64,000 nucleotides of DNA from the human T2T-CHM13v2.0 reference genome, Homo sapiens (GCF_009914755.1 NC_060928.1); one strand, 5' to 3'. Positions 29,376 through 43,949 are shown, counted from the first letter of the stretch. Notes: generated from the letters alone by a model not told the origin. Numbers and translations are program-made.

Positions 29376-29499
29376 ACTTCCCTTAGTTTTGTTTATTATT
29401 GAAGTTTCATTATATTTCTCTCAGAAACATCAAATTCACAGATTTATTATCTATAAATATGTGGGATACTAATTTGTTTTCTAATAGTCAAGTAATGTA

Positions 29500-29849
<350 letters not shown>

Positions 29850-29938
29850 TAGTATCTGTGATATATGTTAGCTATATTTGTATCAGTAGTTTAAGGCAGG
29901 CAAAATATTACTATTGAATCTTTAGAAGTCCATATTCT

Positions 29939-29986
29939 TAGTTTGTTATAACACATTTGGAAAAAAAGAAATAAAGAAATAAAAAT
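29939..29986 (+). other. Putative micro-retroinsertion (22 nt plus A-rich tail) with a TSD of about 15 bp
   Basis: agaagtccatattct | tagtttgttataacacatttgg + A-rich tail | aaaagtctatattct. Confidence 0.55.
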
Positions 29987-30288
29987 AAAAGTCTATATTC
30001 TGAAAAAGCTTCGAAAAAATTGGAAATTATAATGTTTTAGAAATTATAATTGTAAATTATGAAGTTTAAGCATTTAAAAATTTTCATTATTTGTCTTCAT
30101 GAGACCTAAATTAAAGATATTCAGCTATTTTTAATTTTTTTCTAGAAGATTTTGAGATATATTTTCTGGCTAAAATTTTCCATAACTGTTCTTGCTCCTT
30201 TTATTGTTGTTGTGAGGATAAATAAAATCTATGCATTTACTACCATGGAGCACATAAATGTCTGTTCAGAAATAAGAAATGCTTTCTC

Positions 30289-30430
30289 CGCCAGGAATGG
30301 TTGCTCACCTCTATAGTCCGAGAACTATGGGAAGCTGAGGTGGAAAAATCAGTTGAGCCCAGTGGTTTGAGACCAGCCTAGGTGATGAAGTGAGACCCCC
30401 ATCTCACTCAAAAATCACTAATTCAAAAAT
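30289..30430 (+). mobile_element. Alu monomer (FLAM-like)
   Basis: gccaggaatggttgctcacctctatagtcc...gagaccagcctaggtga...gagacccccatctc. Confidence 0.75.
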
Positions 30431-30597
30431 AATTTTTAGAAAGCTAGTTAATTGTCTTCAGTATTTTTCCTTCTATTTATATTTTTGACAATTTGATATT
30501 TCATTTTTCAACATTATAACTTATAATAAAGCAAAATACTATCTAGTACCTCATGCAGTACACTTCCCATGGTCTTCCATTTTTAAAAAGTGAGTTT

Positions 30598-30908
30598 GGG
30601 CTAGGCGCAGTGGCTCATGCCTTTAATCCTAGCACTTTGGGAGGCCGAGGCAGGCGGATCACTTGAGCTCAGGAGTTTGAGACCAGCCTGAGCAACATGG
30701 CGAAACCCCATCTCTACAAAAATTACAAAAAAAAAAAAAAAACCAGCCAGGTGTGGTGGTACATGTCTGTAGTCCCAGCTACTTGGGGAGCTGAGGTGAG
30801 AAGATCGCTTGAGCCCAGGAGGTTGAGGCTTCAGTGAGCCAAGACCATGCTATTGCACTCCAGCTGGGTGACAAAGTGAGACCCTGTCTCAAAAAAAAAA
30901 AAAAAAAA
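30598..30908 (+). mobile_element. Alu (AluJb-like)
   Basis: Full dimer; TSD aaaaagtgagtttg. Confidence 0.94.
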
Positions 30909-31409
30909 GTGAGTTTGAAATTTAAAATTTTCTTGCTATTTCTTATATAGTCAGACAAGGCTTGGTTCAACACCCTGAGCTGGGTTGGCTTGACAGGACT
31001 AGCACTAGACCTGACCCAGAAGTAAAGGCAATTGTGGGAAGAGCGGACGGACCTGGGAAGAAATCTAGAAGCCAACGAGCACAACACCAAAGCTTGTCAC
31101 TGGGCAACAGAGAACTGGTCCAACAAAGCTGTCACCATCAGAAATGTGTGTCACCAGGTCAGAGAAACAGGAAATCAAGGCAGGTAACGGGAGACAAAAT
31201 CAAGGAAAGTCAGTTGGCAAAAGGGCCCAGGACACGAGTCTGGAACTCGGGTAACTGAAAGAATAGGAAGTACTAGAGACAGAAAGAAAAGCCTAAACCT
31301 GAAAGGTGTACAAGACAAGTTACTAAACCAGGGGTTCTGGACAAAGGAATAAGGCAAAGGACTACAAGGTCCTGGCTAGCTGAGCATCAGATATGAGGAA
31401 TAAAACATT

Positions 31410-31600
31410 GGCCTGGGAGAAGGGAATAGGGAGTTACTGTTTAATGGATACAGAGTTTTAGCTGGGGAAGCTAAAAAAACTCTATAGATGGATTCTGGCT
31501 AGTGATGGTCGCTCAACAATGTGAATGTACTTAATGCCACAGAACCGTATACTTTAAAATGTTAAGTCTTATGCACATTTTACCAAAAAACAAAAAAAAG
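31410..31600 (+). mobile_element. L1MB-like 3' terminal fragment
   Basis: gggagttactgtttaatggatacagagtttt...caacaatgtgaatgtacttaatgccacagaac. Confidence 0.8.
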
Positions 31601-31834
31601 TTTAATGAGGGAAAAAATGTTTTCCAGCTTCATTGATCTAAGCCACTGGGTCTCTTCAATTTCCCTGAGAACATTCCTATGGTTTTCCAAATCATCACAA
31701 CACAAATAATATTCTTTTAGATTGAACTTCCAGCAAGAAATTAATTTAAATGTGAATGCTATTATCCCTATGGGGAATAAGCAGTAGCCAGGGTTTGCAT
31801 CAGAACTGAGTTTGATATAGTCATTTTTATCTTA

Positions 31835-32236
31835 AATGTATATGTATGCAAGTGTGTAATATATATTATTATATATTGATTATACATATATCAATATATG
31901 TTAATGATATGTGTAATATATGTAAATATAATATAATATATAATATAATATAAACATATTCTGTCTATAATATAGAATATGTTTATATATAATATAGAAT
32001 ATAAATATATAATATATAATATATAATATAAATATATAATATAGAATATAGAATATAGATTATAGAATATAGAATATAAATATATATTATATAATATATA
32101 GAATATAGAATATATATATTATAGAATATAGAATATAGAATATAAATATATATTATAGAATATAGAATATAATACATGTTATATAATATATATAATATAA
32201 ATATATTATATATTTTATATATAGTATATATATATT
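31835..32236. repeat. AT-rich low-complexity tract with (ATATAGA)-type units
   Basis: About 400 bp that is almost entirely A/T, with repeated atatagaatataga. Confidence 0.92.
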
Positions 32237-35200
32237 TGCCCCCAAAACAAAAGCAAAACACTGGCCTGGTGCAAAAACTCCTTTTACCCTTTCCCTGGAG
32301 CCAGGAGAGCCTGGGGATAAGATTCAGTCACTCACAGGGAAGGGCAGCTGCAGACCAGGGACCAAAAGTGAACACCACCATCTCAATCTAAAATGCAGAT
32401 ACAGCCAAAGACTAATTTAAGAATTAGAGCAGCATTACTGCCTTTTTATAGCTGGTGAAAGCTAGTGCTGAAATACATATACAGGTATGCAAACTAGGTA
32501 GCATCATACTCAATAAATACATGAATTAACTGATTCATTAATGGAAAGAAGCATTTAAGAATAAAAAATGTTAAGTAAAAGTAATCCAGGAGTAAAATTT
32601 TGCTTCAAGTAATTAGGAGTCAATGATTCATTCAAGGTACCTTCAATATATTCAATAAATAATTTACAGTATTTAGCAGTCAGACTTCTTAACAGACTTT
32701 GCTCTCTAAAATATGCAAAGAATCATGATTCCTCCCTCCAAATACAACTTCCCAAAAAGTTACCAGACTCAAACTCCTTAATAACCCTTTCTTACATAAC
32801 AGAGAATTCACAGTAAGCTTAACTATCTGATTTCCCAACTCACAAAAAAATTACAATGAGGAGCTGATAGACGCAAGCATAAGAACAGTGGAAGAAGGAA
32901 CAACTGACCTTTACAGAAGACAGAGAAAACCCCAGAGTCTGTATTAAGACAAGGTGCAATAATGAGTATACATACTGGCAACCCTAAATCATCAGGAGAG
33001 GGTTAATTTATGCCAAATCGTTTCTGTTCAATCAATATAAGGAATACTTGATGTATTCAAGAAAGTATTTAATAAAAATTACAGAAATTTAAAAAGGGCT
33101 CTGGTATTTGGCGTAACAAACTCCAGTTAGGTATATATTCACCCATGACAACACCTTACTTCCAATAAAGGAGTCATTACTTTATTTTCAGGTTTTTCCT
33201 CCTAAAAGAAACTATTTCAAAGCTATCAGAGATTATTCGCTTACAAAAAAAACCAAAAACCCCCAAAACTAATGTACTCTCCTCTGAGATCTCTAACCAA
33301 ATATTTGAGGGATGGTGTATAAGGAGCAGCTTGTGTTTGTTCTTCCTTGTCTACTGTTTTGTATTTCCTTCAGGCCTATTTGCAGGCAGAGGGCCAGTAG
33401 ACAGCTGCTCTAATTACTCAAAGAACTCAAACTCAAGAACTGTATTCATGCATTCTTGCTGTTCAAACCAGGGGTTTATAAATTTTGTAGGTGAGAATAC
33501 TTCTTCATTTTTATCCCTCTACTACTTTCTCTCATTAATTATTAGAAAATCAATTATTTACATGTCGCCCTGTATGCAATCGTTATTCACTTAAATGTCA
33601 TGCTTTTTATTCCTAGATTTTTATTTTGTCTCAAATGACTAAAATGATACTTGGATAGACAGTTTGTTATTAGCAATCAACTTCCAGGCGATCAGTACAA
33701 ACTAGCGTGTGGTACTCTAAATTACAGGAAAGACAGAAGAGAGAAAAAAAGAAAAGAGAAAGCAGAAATGTGGGTTTTGCTGCAAAGAAATACCAAAATT
33801 GTTTCCAATCAGTCAAAGTGAATCATCTGTCTACCAACATGCCTCATTTTTCATTGTCTATAGGTAACTTAGAAAAGAGTAACTAATGCAAGGAATAGTT
33901 TTGTTATAAAATGTGCATAATTTTGACTGCTTTAATAATGAAATTTAAATTCACATGTATTTCCTTCTTTTCTATGAACTTCTTTTAATCATAACTGGAA
34001 AAAAAATGTCAAGTGGTGTCCACAGCTAGCTGACACTTCACATGAAGATTGAAGAAGAATAAATTTCATTTTAAATACATGTTCCTTCGCAAGTTCTGTG
34101 ATTAAACATTCACGCTAGCTTTCCTCGGTCAAAAATGAAAGAACCGAATGAACTTCTGTTTGATCCTCTCCTCCACAGGATAAATTTTCCTTTTTCTAGT
34201 ACATTTAGAGTGCATATTTTGGCAAGTGTGGACTAGGGAGTGGGGAAGGTGTTGTGGGTGGGGAACACTTGCTTTCTTCCATGAGAGCAACCCCTGCCTG
34301 GCCTTCGGAGAGATTTTAGCAATTCCCAATCCTGCCCCACTTCCAGCAGTCTGGGCACCTGGGCACCCAGCTCCAATGGGATTAGCTTTCACTGTACTGG
34401 ATTCCTCTGTCAAACAACTGACCCGCAAACTCTATAGTTACCATCATGCAACACAAAGCTTGAACATACTAACAATCTGTTACTATTCACTGGTGTGTAA
34501 TGTACACAGGAATGTGAAATTACATGGAAATGCAATCCGGAGTAAAAATCTAAAAATTCATACATTGTATTAGGTTAGTATTTATAATTTCCAAAAACAA
34601 AGTCATTGAAGAGGTCATGATTTTTGTTAAAATTAATGAGATTAAAGATCAGGCACAGGTTAAATTTGCCTTCAAGGCAGAAGTTTAGCAGACAAACAAT
34701 TCTGGTTTAGTTAAAAGTACATGGTCTTTGAACTCTCGTGTCGAAAGAGTTGAACACAACTAAACTTTAATGTGAAAAGGTCTCAAGTAGTTAATCAGAA
34801 ATGAGAGGCGCACATAGCATTTTATACTGTTTTCGATTTGCTGACACAACATCATTCTGTGCTCTCTAGTGAGCAAGAGTAATCCTCAATAGCATTAAGA
34901 CGAAAGGCTGAACACAAAACCGCAGGCAAGTCAAGTAGTGATTTTATTCTTTTTGTCATTTTTCTTTCAAGTGGAAGATCCCTAACACTCTCTGCTCCTG
35001 ACAATGTTTATAAACAGAACTCTGAGAAGCATCTGAATGTAAAAAAAAAATAGGTCTCTCCAACAAACTGTGATAGACGATCAACCAGCTGAGTCCTCTT
35101 CCAGATGACATGGGGTTGGAAGTACTTTTAAGACCTAGTTTCCACAAAAATAAAACTCTTAAAATTACTCAACTTGCTGGGTCTGATCCCTATGAAAGAA

Positions 35201-35910
35201 AAATAGTGTATAACATAAGATATACCATAATCAGTTACACCAACAACTCAGTTCCGAGAAAAGTTTGAAAACATTAACATTGGAAAAGAAAGTTCAATCA
35301 AAGACATGCATTAGGCTAAAACGTTCTTTATGATAGCACTTCATTTTAACATATAAACACTATGCTCCTTATAACATACCTTGTAATCTATAAAATAAAG
35401 GCAACATATTTTATGTCTGATAATAAAAAAAAGTTAACTGCTAAATCCTAGATGACAAAACACTTCATCTTTTACCCCATAAAATTTGCCCTGAATTTTA
35501 AAATTCATCACTTACGTAATATCTGAATTCTACAACTCTGATAGCCTTTTATTAGCAGGCTATGTAAAGATCCAAAATCGTTACACAGTACAAACAGTGA
35601 ACTGCTAAGCTAAAGTATAACCTTTTTGCTTAACTGGATAGACTAAAGTAATAATAGACTATGTAATACAAACTTCTCAAAGTAAGTCTTCGTTCCCCTC
35701 ATCCATCCCAAAAAAACACTACTAATAGTTTTTCCTTGAACATCTATACATTATCAAGTGTAGGTGTCTACTATGTAATAATAATATACATTCAAACCAC
35801 CTTTTTGGGTTTTCTTAAATGTAGGCTTATCTTCTGCTCAAAGCAAAGATACTGCAATAGAAAATCAGCAATGTGACAATTATAATATGCTCTTAAATTA
35901 TAAATCAATA

Positions 35911-36288
<378 letters not shown>

Positions 36289-37348
36289 CTAAGAGGAATT
36301 TAAGATAATAGAATTTCATTCCAAATTAATAACATTGTTAAGATAAATACTGTAACAAAATAATAACAAAGTCTCCTTCAATAAAAGTGGAATAGTAATC
36401 TGAGGACAAATTTCAGTCAGTTTATTGCTTCCCTTGTTAATCTTTCACCTTCTAAAATGCATTTTACAACTAAAACTGAGAAAGAACTTATGTTAACAAC
36501 TCTCTATTTTGTGACACTTTAACTTTAATGGAACATGTTTATTCCTTCCTGCTCCCAACGACACTTCCAATACATGAGTTCAGCTAAGAAAACTCAGTTC
36601 TAAAATGGCAAGTTCTCAGCTGTCTATGAAGCCAAATGGGCGGCTATAAATGCCTGTGTGGACAGCACCCCTGTCCTCGCATGGATTTTTATGAGGCACC
36701 ATGTGGCACCCCTCGTGGTTTGCCCAGCTGCAGCTCTTCACAAGGCGGGAAACACATGTGACATTGCCTCCAACTTCCTCTGCCTTCCCAAGTGGCATCA
36801 GTCCTCCAACACGCAGACTCACTTTAAGGCACTGACCCTGGACCTTCCTGGGGCCTTTCTGCCAGGAAGATATAAAAGAACATCTATTCATTCCATTGAC
36901 AGGTAACAGACCCTCATCAAGTGCAAGGTGCTGCACTCAACATGTAGGGATAGTAACATGCAATGGCCACTAAGCATGGATCAGAAGGGAAGATAGAAAT
37001 ATAAGCCACCACACCTCTCCACAAAATGCAGCACATATAATAAGAAATACACATCACATTCTATGAGAGTTCTGAGGCACTGGCAAGATCAGAGAAGGCA
37101 ATGTGAAAGGGGTGGTGGCTAAAATGGCCCTAAAAGGATGGGTAGGAATTAGAGATGCAAATAAAGTACACTATGGATAGTTAAGAAAAGAGAGGGAAAC
37201 CAGAGCATGAGGCAGGCAGGGAAGAGACATCCGCTCACTCATTCAGACAACGAATGTTTACTGAACATATGGTCCCAGATGTGGGGGATACACCACGACA
37301 CACCATGAATAAGACAGACAGTCACTGATTGCTTGGAGCTTACTTTCT

Positions 37349-37391
37349 TTTTTAAAAATTATGTCCTTCTTTCCATGTTCAAATATCTAAA
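37349..37391 (-). other. Putative 43-nt micro-insertion with a perfect 14-bp TSD inside L2
   Basis: ggagcttactttct (37335-37348) | tttttaaaaattatgtccttctttccatgttcaaatatctaaa | ggagcttactttct (37392-37405). Confidence 0.65.
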
Positions 37392-38038
37392 GGAGCTTAC
37401 TTTCTAATGGGGTGATGGGCAAACATATCAACAAATAATTATAGAAGTTAATTTCAGGTTGTGATAAGCGCAAATAAAAATAAACCAGGGTAAGAGCACA
37501 GTGGGTGGAGATAGGTAATCAATAAGAATGTGATATGTGAGCAGAGACTGGATTCAAGTGTGGAAGAGGTGATCCTAAGGAAGGGAGCCAAAAAAGCACA
37601 GGCAAAAACCCTGGGGCAGAACAGTTGGGCATATTTAAGAACAGCTAGAAGGCCAGTGTAGCTGGAAGAAAATACGTGAATCAAAGAGGTAAGAGATGTT
37701 GCTGGAAAGATAAGTACAGGTAAGAATGAATGTTTCTCCTTAAAGGCACCATTGACATTTGGGGCAGAATACTGTGGTCTTGTTGTATTTAGCATCATGG
37801 CCCTTGTGGCACTAAATGCCAACAGTACTGTCCTTGTAACAATTTAGAAGCTCCACTAATTTCTAAACACTCCTATGAGGGACAGGAAGCAGGCAGTACA
37901 TCCCACTGAGAACCACTGAGACAGATCCTGTATGGCCTTGTGGTCATAAATATGATTTTGTTCTAAGTGTAAGGAAGAAGCCAGTAGAGAGCTATAAACA
38001 GAGGAAATGGCATATTGCCTATTTCTAGAAGGCCATGA

Positions 38039-38494
<456 letters not shown>

Positions 38495-40613
38495 TAATAA
38501 GATGAGGGAGATCTTGAAGACTGAGCCATCAGGATTTGCCTAATGTGGCTTCACCTAGCTAGAGCAGAGTATTGAAGAGGGGAAGTCAAACATGAGGCTG
38601 GAATGGAAAATTGGGGCCAGATTCCCTGGGGGCCTAGAAAGCCAGCCTAAGGGACATCGAGTCTCATTCTGTAACAGGGTGCCCAAGGGTTTTATACTTT
38701 AAGCAGAGTAATCCAACAGCAGTTGGGAAAGAAGAGAGACTAAAAAGAGGGAGACCAGCTCAGACAGAGAGAGACCAATTACCACATGCCTGGGAGTAAA
38801 GAGAGCAAAGCTCTGCATTGATGAATTCAAAAGGTATTACCAAGACAAGGTTAGTGCCAGTTAATGACCAGCTGACCCTGAGATTTAACCCTGGGCAACA
38901 GAGGGATGACAGGGACATGACCAAAGCAAAGCATCATGAAAGGAGAAGAGGATTTGAAAAGGAAGGTAGTATGACCTGCTTCGGCTTCAGACATATTAGG
39001 TTTGAATGCTGGCCAACTTCACAGGTAGGAAAAGTCAGCTGGATTTGTGGAACCAGAGCTCCAGCACAAGTGAGGGCTGGAGGCAATTGTTTGGGAGTTA
39101 TCAGCAAGATGGTGACCCCTAAAGTCACGAGACGGAAAGAGGATCACCACCAGAGAAAAGGCAGACCTCACAAAACACCTTAGATAGAACGCTAGGGACA
39201 TGAGGAAGGAAAGTCATTTCAAGAATCATGCTGTGTGCAAGAGGGTTAAAAGCACAGATGTAAAGGAGGGTAAACTGGGTAAAAGGCCAATGGATTTAGT
39301 GACTAAGAGAGTCTGGAGACTGTCAAGACTGCAGTTTCATCAAGACAGAAAGGTGACTGCAATGTTAAAGGAAGTGAGTCAGTCTGAGGAAATGTGGATG
39401 AGCCTACACTATTTTTCAAGGATTGGTTATAAAAGGAAAGTGATAAAAGTGATGGTAGCTTGAAGGAGTAGCAGAGTTGAGGGTAGGTTGGGTGAGTGTG
39501 TGTGTCTTAAAAGTAAAAATAGTTAACTTGCAGAGCTTAAAGAGCAGAATCCAGTGGAGAGATTGAAGTTGCAGGATGATATGACCCACCAACGACAAGA
39601 AAACAGAAGAGATGAGCAGAGACATGTTACCCTTAGAAAGAGGAAGAGACACCTGTTCCTCTGGCAGATAAGGGAAGATGATCAAGCAGTGGCTGCCATG
39701 TTGCTGACAGCCCCCTTAAACACAACAGAAGAGACAATGAATAAAGCTATTATATATATAGCAACACACTTCTGATAACCACTTCTAGGAGAAACAATAT
39801 TCTGACTAATGCCATTATTCTACTTAATGTCGTGACATCAGAACAACCAAATGTTGTGACTCATAGTTTGTCTCTTTTGTTTAGTGCACTTAATATGAAT
39901 GAAAGAGGTAGGTGGATAAGTACCTTTGGTAAGTGAATGAAGAACCCCCCAGACAATGCAAATCACGCTATAGATAAAAGAGTATATTTTGTTTCTGAAA
40001 TTAATTTAAACTCCCACTTGGTTTGTCTTTCACAGTCACTTGACATTTATAATTCAGTTGCAAATTCATAAATCAAAAGCATTCTGCTTTTCATCACAGT
40101 TGTCGTGTCTACATATCAAGGTTTTCCTGGTCACCATAACACTACCATTCCACAGCAGTGAAAAGCAAAATACATGGAATGTTATAATGAAGAAAAATTT
40201 GAGGGAGCCTGATTTAAAGAAAAAAAAAAAAGAGCAAGAAAGATCAGAATACATAAACTAAGTAATTAATGAGATCATCAAAGCCCATGCTAATCTCATT
40301 TAACCATTCCTTACCCCCCTAGAAAGGGAGATACAGAAAGGCACACAACAGCAGCAAATGACTTTAGGTCAGTAGCTTTTTTAAAAATTGGCCACAGTGC
40401 ACCATCAATTTTATAGGAAACTATTGTAGATAATAAAACCTATCTTTGTAAATCTATTTTACACAGTATGCCAAAACTGTCAGTGAAGCTAAAGTCTTAT
40501 AATAACTGTGATTGGGATGATGAATTGAATGTGTTAGCCTAGCATTAGTCACCTAATTCTAAATCTAAATTGTACTACCTCAGTCACCTAACTGCTTTTA
40601 AAAATACATAAGA

Positions 40614-40930
<317 letters not shown>

Positions 40931-41544
40931 TTAATTCCAATTAGAAAATGATAAGAATGGGAAATAACAAAAATCATTAGACTATAACATCAATCAATAA
41001 CCTATTTCCAAAAAACTCTGAATTAAACACTAAAAATTTTGAAATGGCAAATGAAAAACAACTATTCTCTCTTATGTGCATTTGAAAAATGTTCCTCTTG
41101 AATAAGCTGTATTTATCACCAAATATTTCATCTTTCACTGATAGGTACATGACAAAGTGATTCATGTACTATCCATGGACTACAAAAATATGTAGTTGTC
41201 TTAACAGGTATCAGGCATAGAGTTGGAATTTATGCTTTAGAACTTGTAATGGAGCCCACAGCAATAGAATGTTTAAAATCTGAATTAGCATTTGATATTC
41301 TGAAACAACATTTGGCAGGGGTAGCTGGGATCCCTGGGTGTTCCATAACATCTATGCATTATTTATTTTACTATACTACCATACTGATCTACAATTACTC
41401 TCTCTGTGTGCCTTTCTCTACCAGTGGCCTGGAAACAACTTACAGGTAGAAAGACCACATTATCTACAACCATAGAACAGTGCCCATCGAAGCCAGACCC
41501 AGTTACTTTTAAGAGGAATGTCAAAGGGCTACGGGATAGACAGT

Positions 41545-41554
41545 GGAATTTCCC
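41545..41554 (-). promoter_or_regulatory. Canonical NF-kB motif GGGAAATTCC (sequence match only)
   Basis: Plus strand ggaatttccc in apparently unique DNA. Confidence 0.25.
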
Positions 41555-41974
41555 ACAGGAAGATGTACCATCCCTGGACACGAGAACAGAGTTTATTGCA
41601 TTTTTCAATTCAGGAAGAGAAATTTTTCAAAATAATGTCACAAGAGCGAATGAAGGGAACTCTACAAATCACAGTCATGAAGTGATTCAGAATCCCAAAT
41701 GCCTGAACTGAATTTTATTAAGGATTTCATTTCCTATAAAAGCAACATAACGCATTTTTAACTACTATTTTTGTTCACGTAGTTACCTCCCTATTCTACT
41801 TTTTCAGCTGTTTCCAGGAACAGTGAGCAGACCATCATTGAATAGAATATATATTAAGTACATATTCTAAATGTATACCTTCTGCAAGAATTAAAAATCT
41901 GCACTAGAAAATATTGCCTACACAGGCAGATAGTCTTCAAACACAAGTAGACCATCTAAACACATTTCAGTAGA

Positions 41975-42467
41975 CATGTGTTTCCCACAGCTGCTGTAAC
42001 AAATTAGCACAAACTTCATGGCTTAAGATAACACAAATTTGTTAACTTGCAGTTCTGGAGGTCAGAGTACAAAATGGGTCTCTCTGAGCTAAAATCAAGG
42101 TGTTGGCAGCGCTGTGTTTTTTTTCTGGAGGTTCTAGGGGAAAAATCTGTTTTCTTGCCTTTTCCAGCTTCCAGAGGCTGCCTGCATCACTTGCCTTGGG
42201 GCCCCTTCCTCCATCTTCAACAGGAGGTTGAGTTCCTCATCACATAACATCACTCGGACCTTGTCTTCTGCCTCGCTATTCCACTTCTAAAAGCCCCAGT
42301 GATTACACTGGACTCATCCAAATAACCCAGGATCATCATCTCCTCTCCAGGTCAGCTGATTAGCAACCTTAACTCTTTGCCATGTAATAACACACGGCTC
42401 TGGGGATTAGGATGTAAACATCTTGAGGGGAGGGAAAGGGAATGACACATTAGTCTGCCTACTGCAG
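41975..42467 (-). mobile_element. MaLR solo LTR (MLT1C/D-like)
   Basis: gctgctgtaacaaattagcacaaactt...cagttctggaggtcagag...tttcttgccttttccagcttccagaggctgcctgcat...ggggattaggatgtaaacatctt. Confidence 0.85.
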
Positions 42468-42839
42468 CATGGAATCATCCATCAGTACACTTTCTATTTT
42501 ATTTTTCATACAGACTCACAGACATATACCACACCCATACCCAAAAGTTTTTTAGATTTCCCTGCCCTAATTTGATAATTCTAGACTAATTCTAATGAAT
42601 ACTTCCACAAGTGTCTCCTATAATTTTGTAATGTTAGAATTTTACTTTAAAAAAACAAAAAAAATTCTGTTCTTCGAAAAACAAACAAACAAACAAACAA
42701 ATTCCAGATGGTTCCAAGAGTGCAAACCTGAAAACAGCTTAACCTGATTTATTTTTTTAAAAAAAGGCATGACAGTCTCACCAGGAAAGAGCTCTTTTAG
42801 TTTACAGGGTTTGATACGTAATATAATCATACTTAAGAG

Positions 42840-42911
42840 TTTTGTTTTGCTTTTTGTTTTCTGTTTTGAGACAGGATCTTGTTCTGCGGCCCAGGCTGGA
42901 GTGCAGTGGCT
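42840..42911 (-). mobile_element. Alu 3' fragment (about 70 bp)
   Basis: T-rich tail then gagacaggatcttgttctgcggcccaggctggagtgcagtggc, ending abruptly. Confidence 0.85.
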
Positions 42912-43651
42912 TGTGGAAAACTGAACTCATCTTTATAATTCCTTTTTTATTGAGACTTACCTAGAATAATTAACATTTGAATTTAATTAAAAACAGTTCT
43001 TTTGTCAAACTTAACCCAATTCTCCAATACTTTTGTAGGTCACCTTCTTTAATAACAATCAGAGGAAGAATTTTCTGACTCTTCAAAACAGCAATCTAAA
43101 TATAATACTTTATTGTACAACACATGATGTCTTTTTTTTTGTGTCCCAAATTGTGTTCCTTAGAACACCTGGAAACATAAATTGGTATACCACCCCCCCA
43201 CCCAAAAAAAAAACCTATTCGGTGGCCACATACATTTGGAAAAGGACGTATACCATGCCTCTCTTTTAGAGGGTCACAATGCATACTAAGTGTTAAAAGT
43301 CCTCTAACTTTGTTTAACATCACTGTTTTCAGAACGTTTTCCTAACATCCCTATAAATAACCTGGGCTGAGGCAAGAAAGTGAGAAGTGAATACTAATGT
43401 AGAGCATATCTCCACAGAGTATTACTCATGAGTAAGCCCCACAGCTTACTCATCACAACTGGGAACAAAACCAGCCCCACTTTATGCTCCTGAGAGTATA
43501 CGACGGATGAAAGGCATTTCAAATATCAAATGTCAAATCAATGCCAAATTGCAACTACAATTAAAATCTACTTGAAACAACACAAATATGAAAAGGCTCC
43601 TGCTGTCTCTAATTGTATTTACATGAGTGGGTCCTTTAAAAAACAATGCTT

Positions 43652-43949
43652 GGCCAGGCGAGGTGGCTCATGCCTGTAATCCCAACACTTTAGGAGGTGG
43701 AGACGGGTGGATCACTTGAGGTCAGGAGTTCGAGACTAGCCTGGTCAACATGGTGAAACCCAGTCTCTACTATAAATACAAAAATTAGCCAGGCGTGGTG
43801 GTGCATGCCTGTAATCCCAGCTACTCGGGAGGCCGAGGCAGGAGACTGCTTGAACCCAGGGGCGGAGGCTGCAGTGAGCCAAGATCACGCTGCTCCAGCC
43901 TGGGCCACTAAATGAGACTCTGTCTCAAAAATAAAAATAAAATAAAAAA
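43652..43949 (+). mobile_element. Alu (AluSx/Sz-like)
   Basis: Full dimer; TSD aaaaaacaatgctt / aaaaaacaatgttt. Confidence 0.94.

Noticed and set aside
31983-32261. Tyr/Ile-rich 92-aa ORF
   Set aside because: It is a translation artefact of the AT-rich simple repeat.
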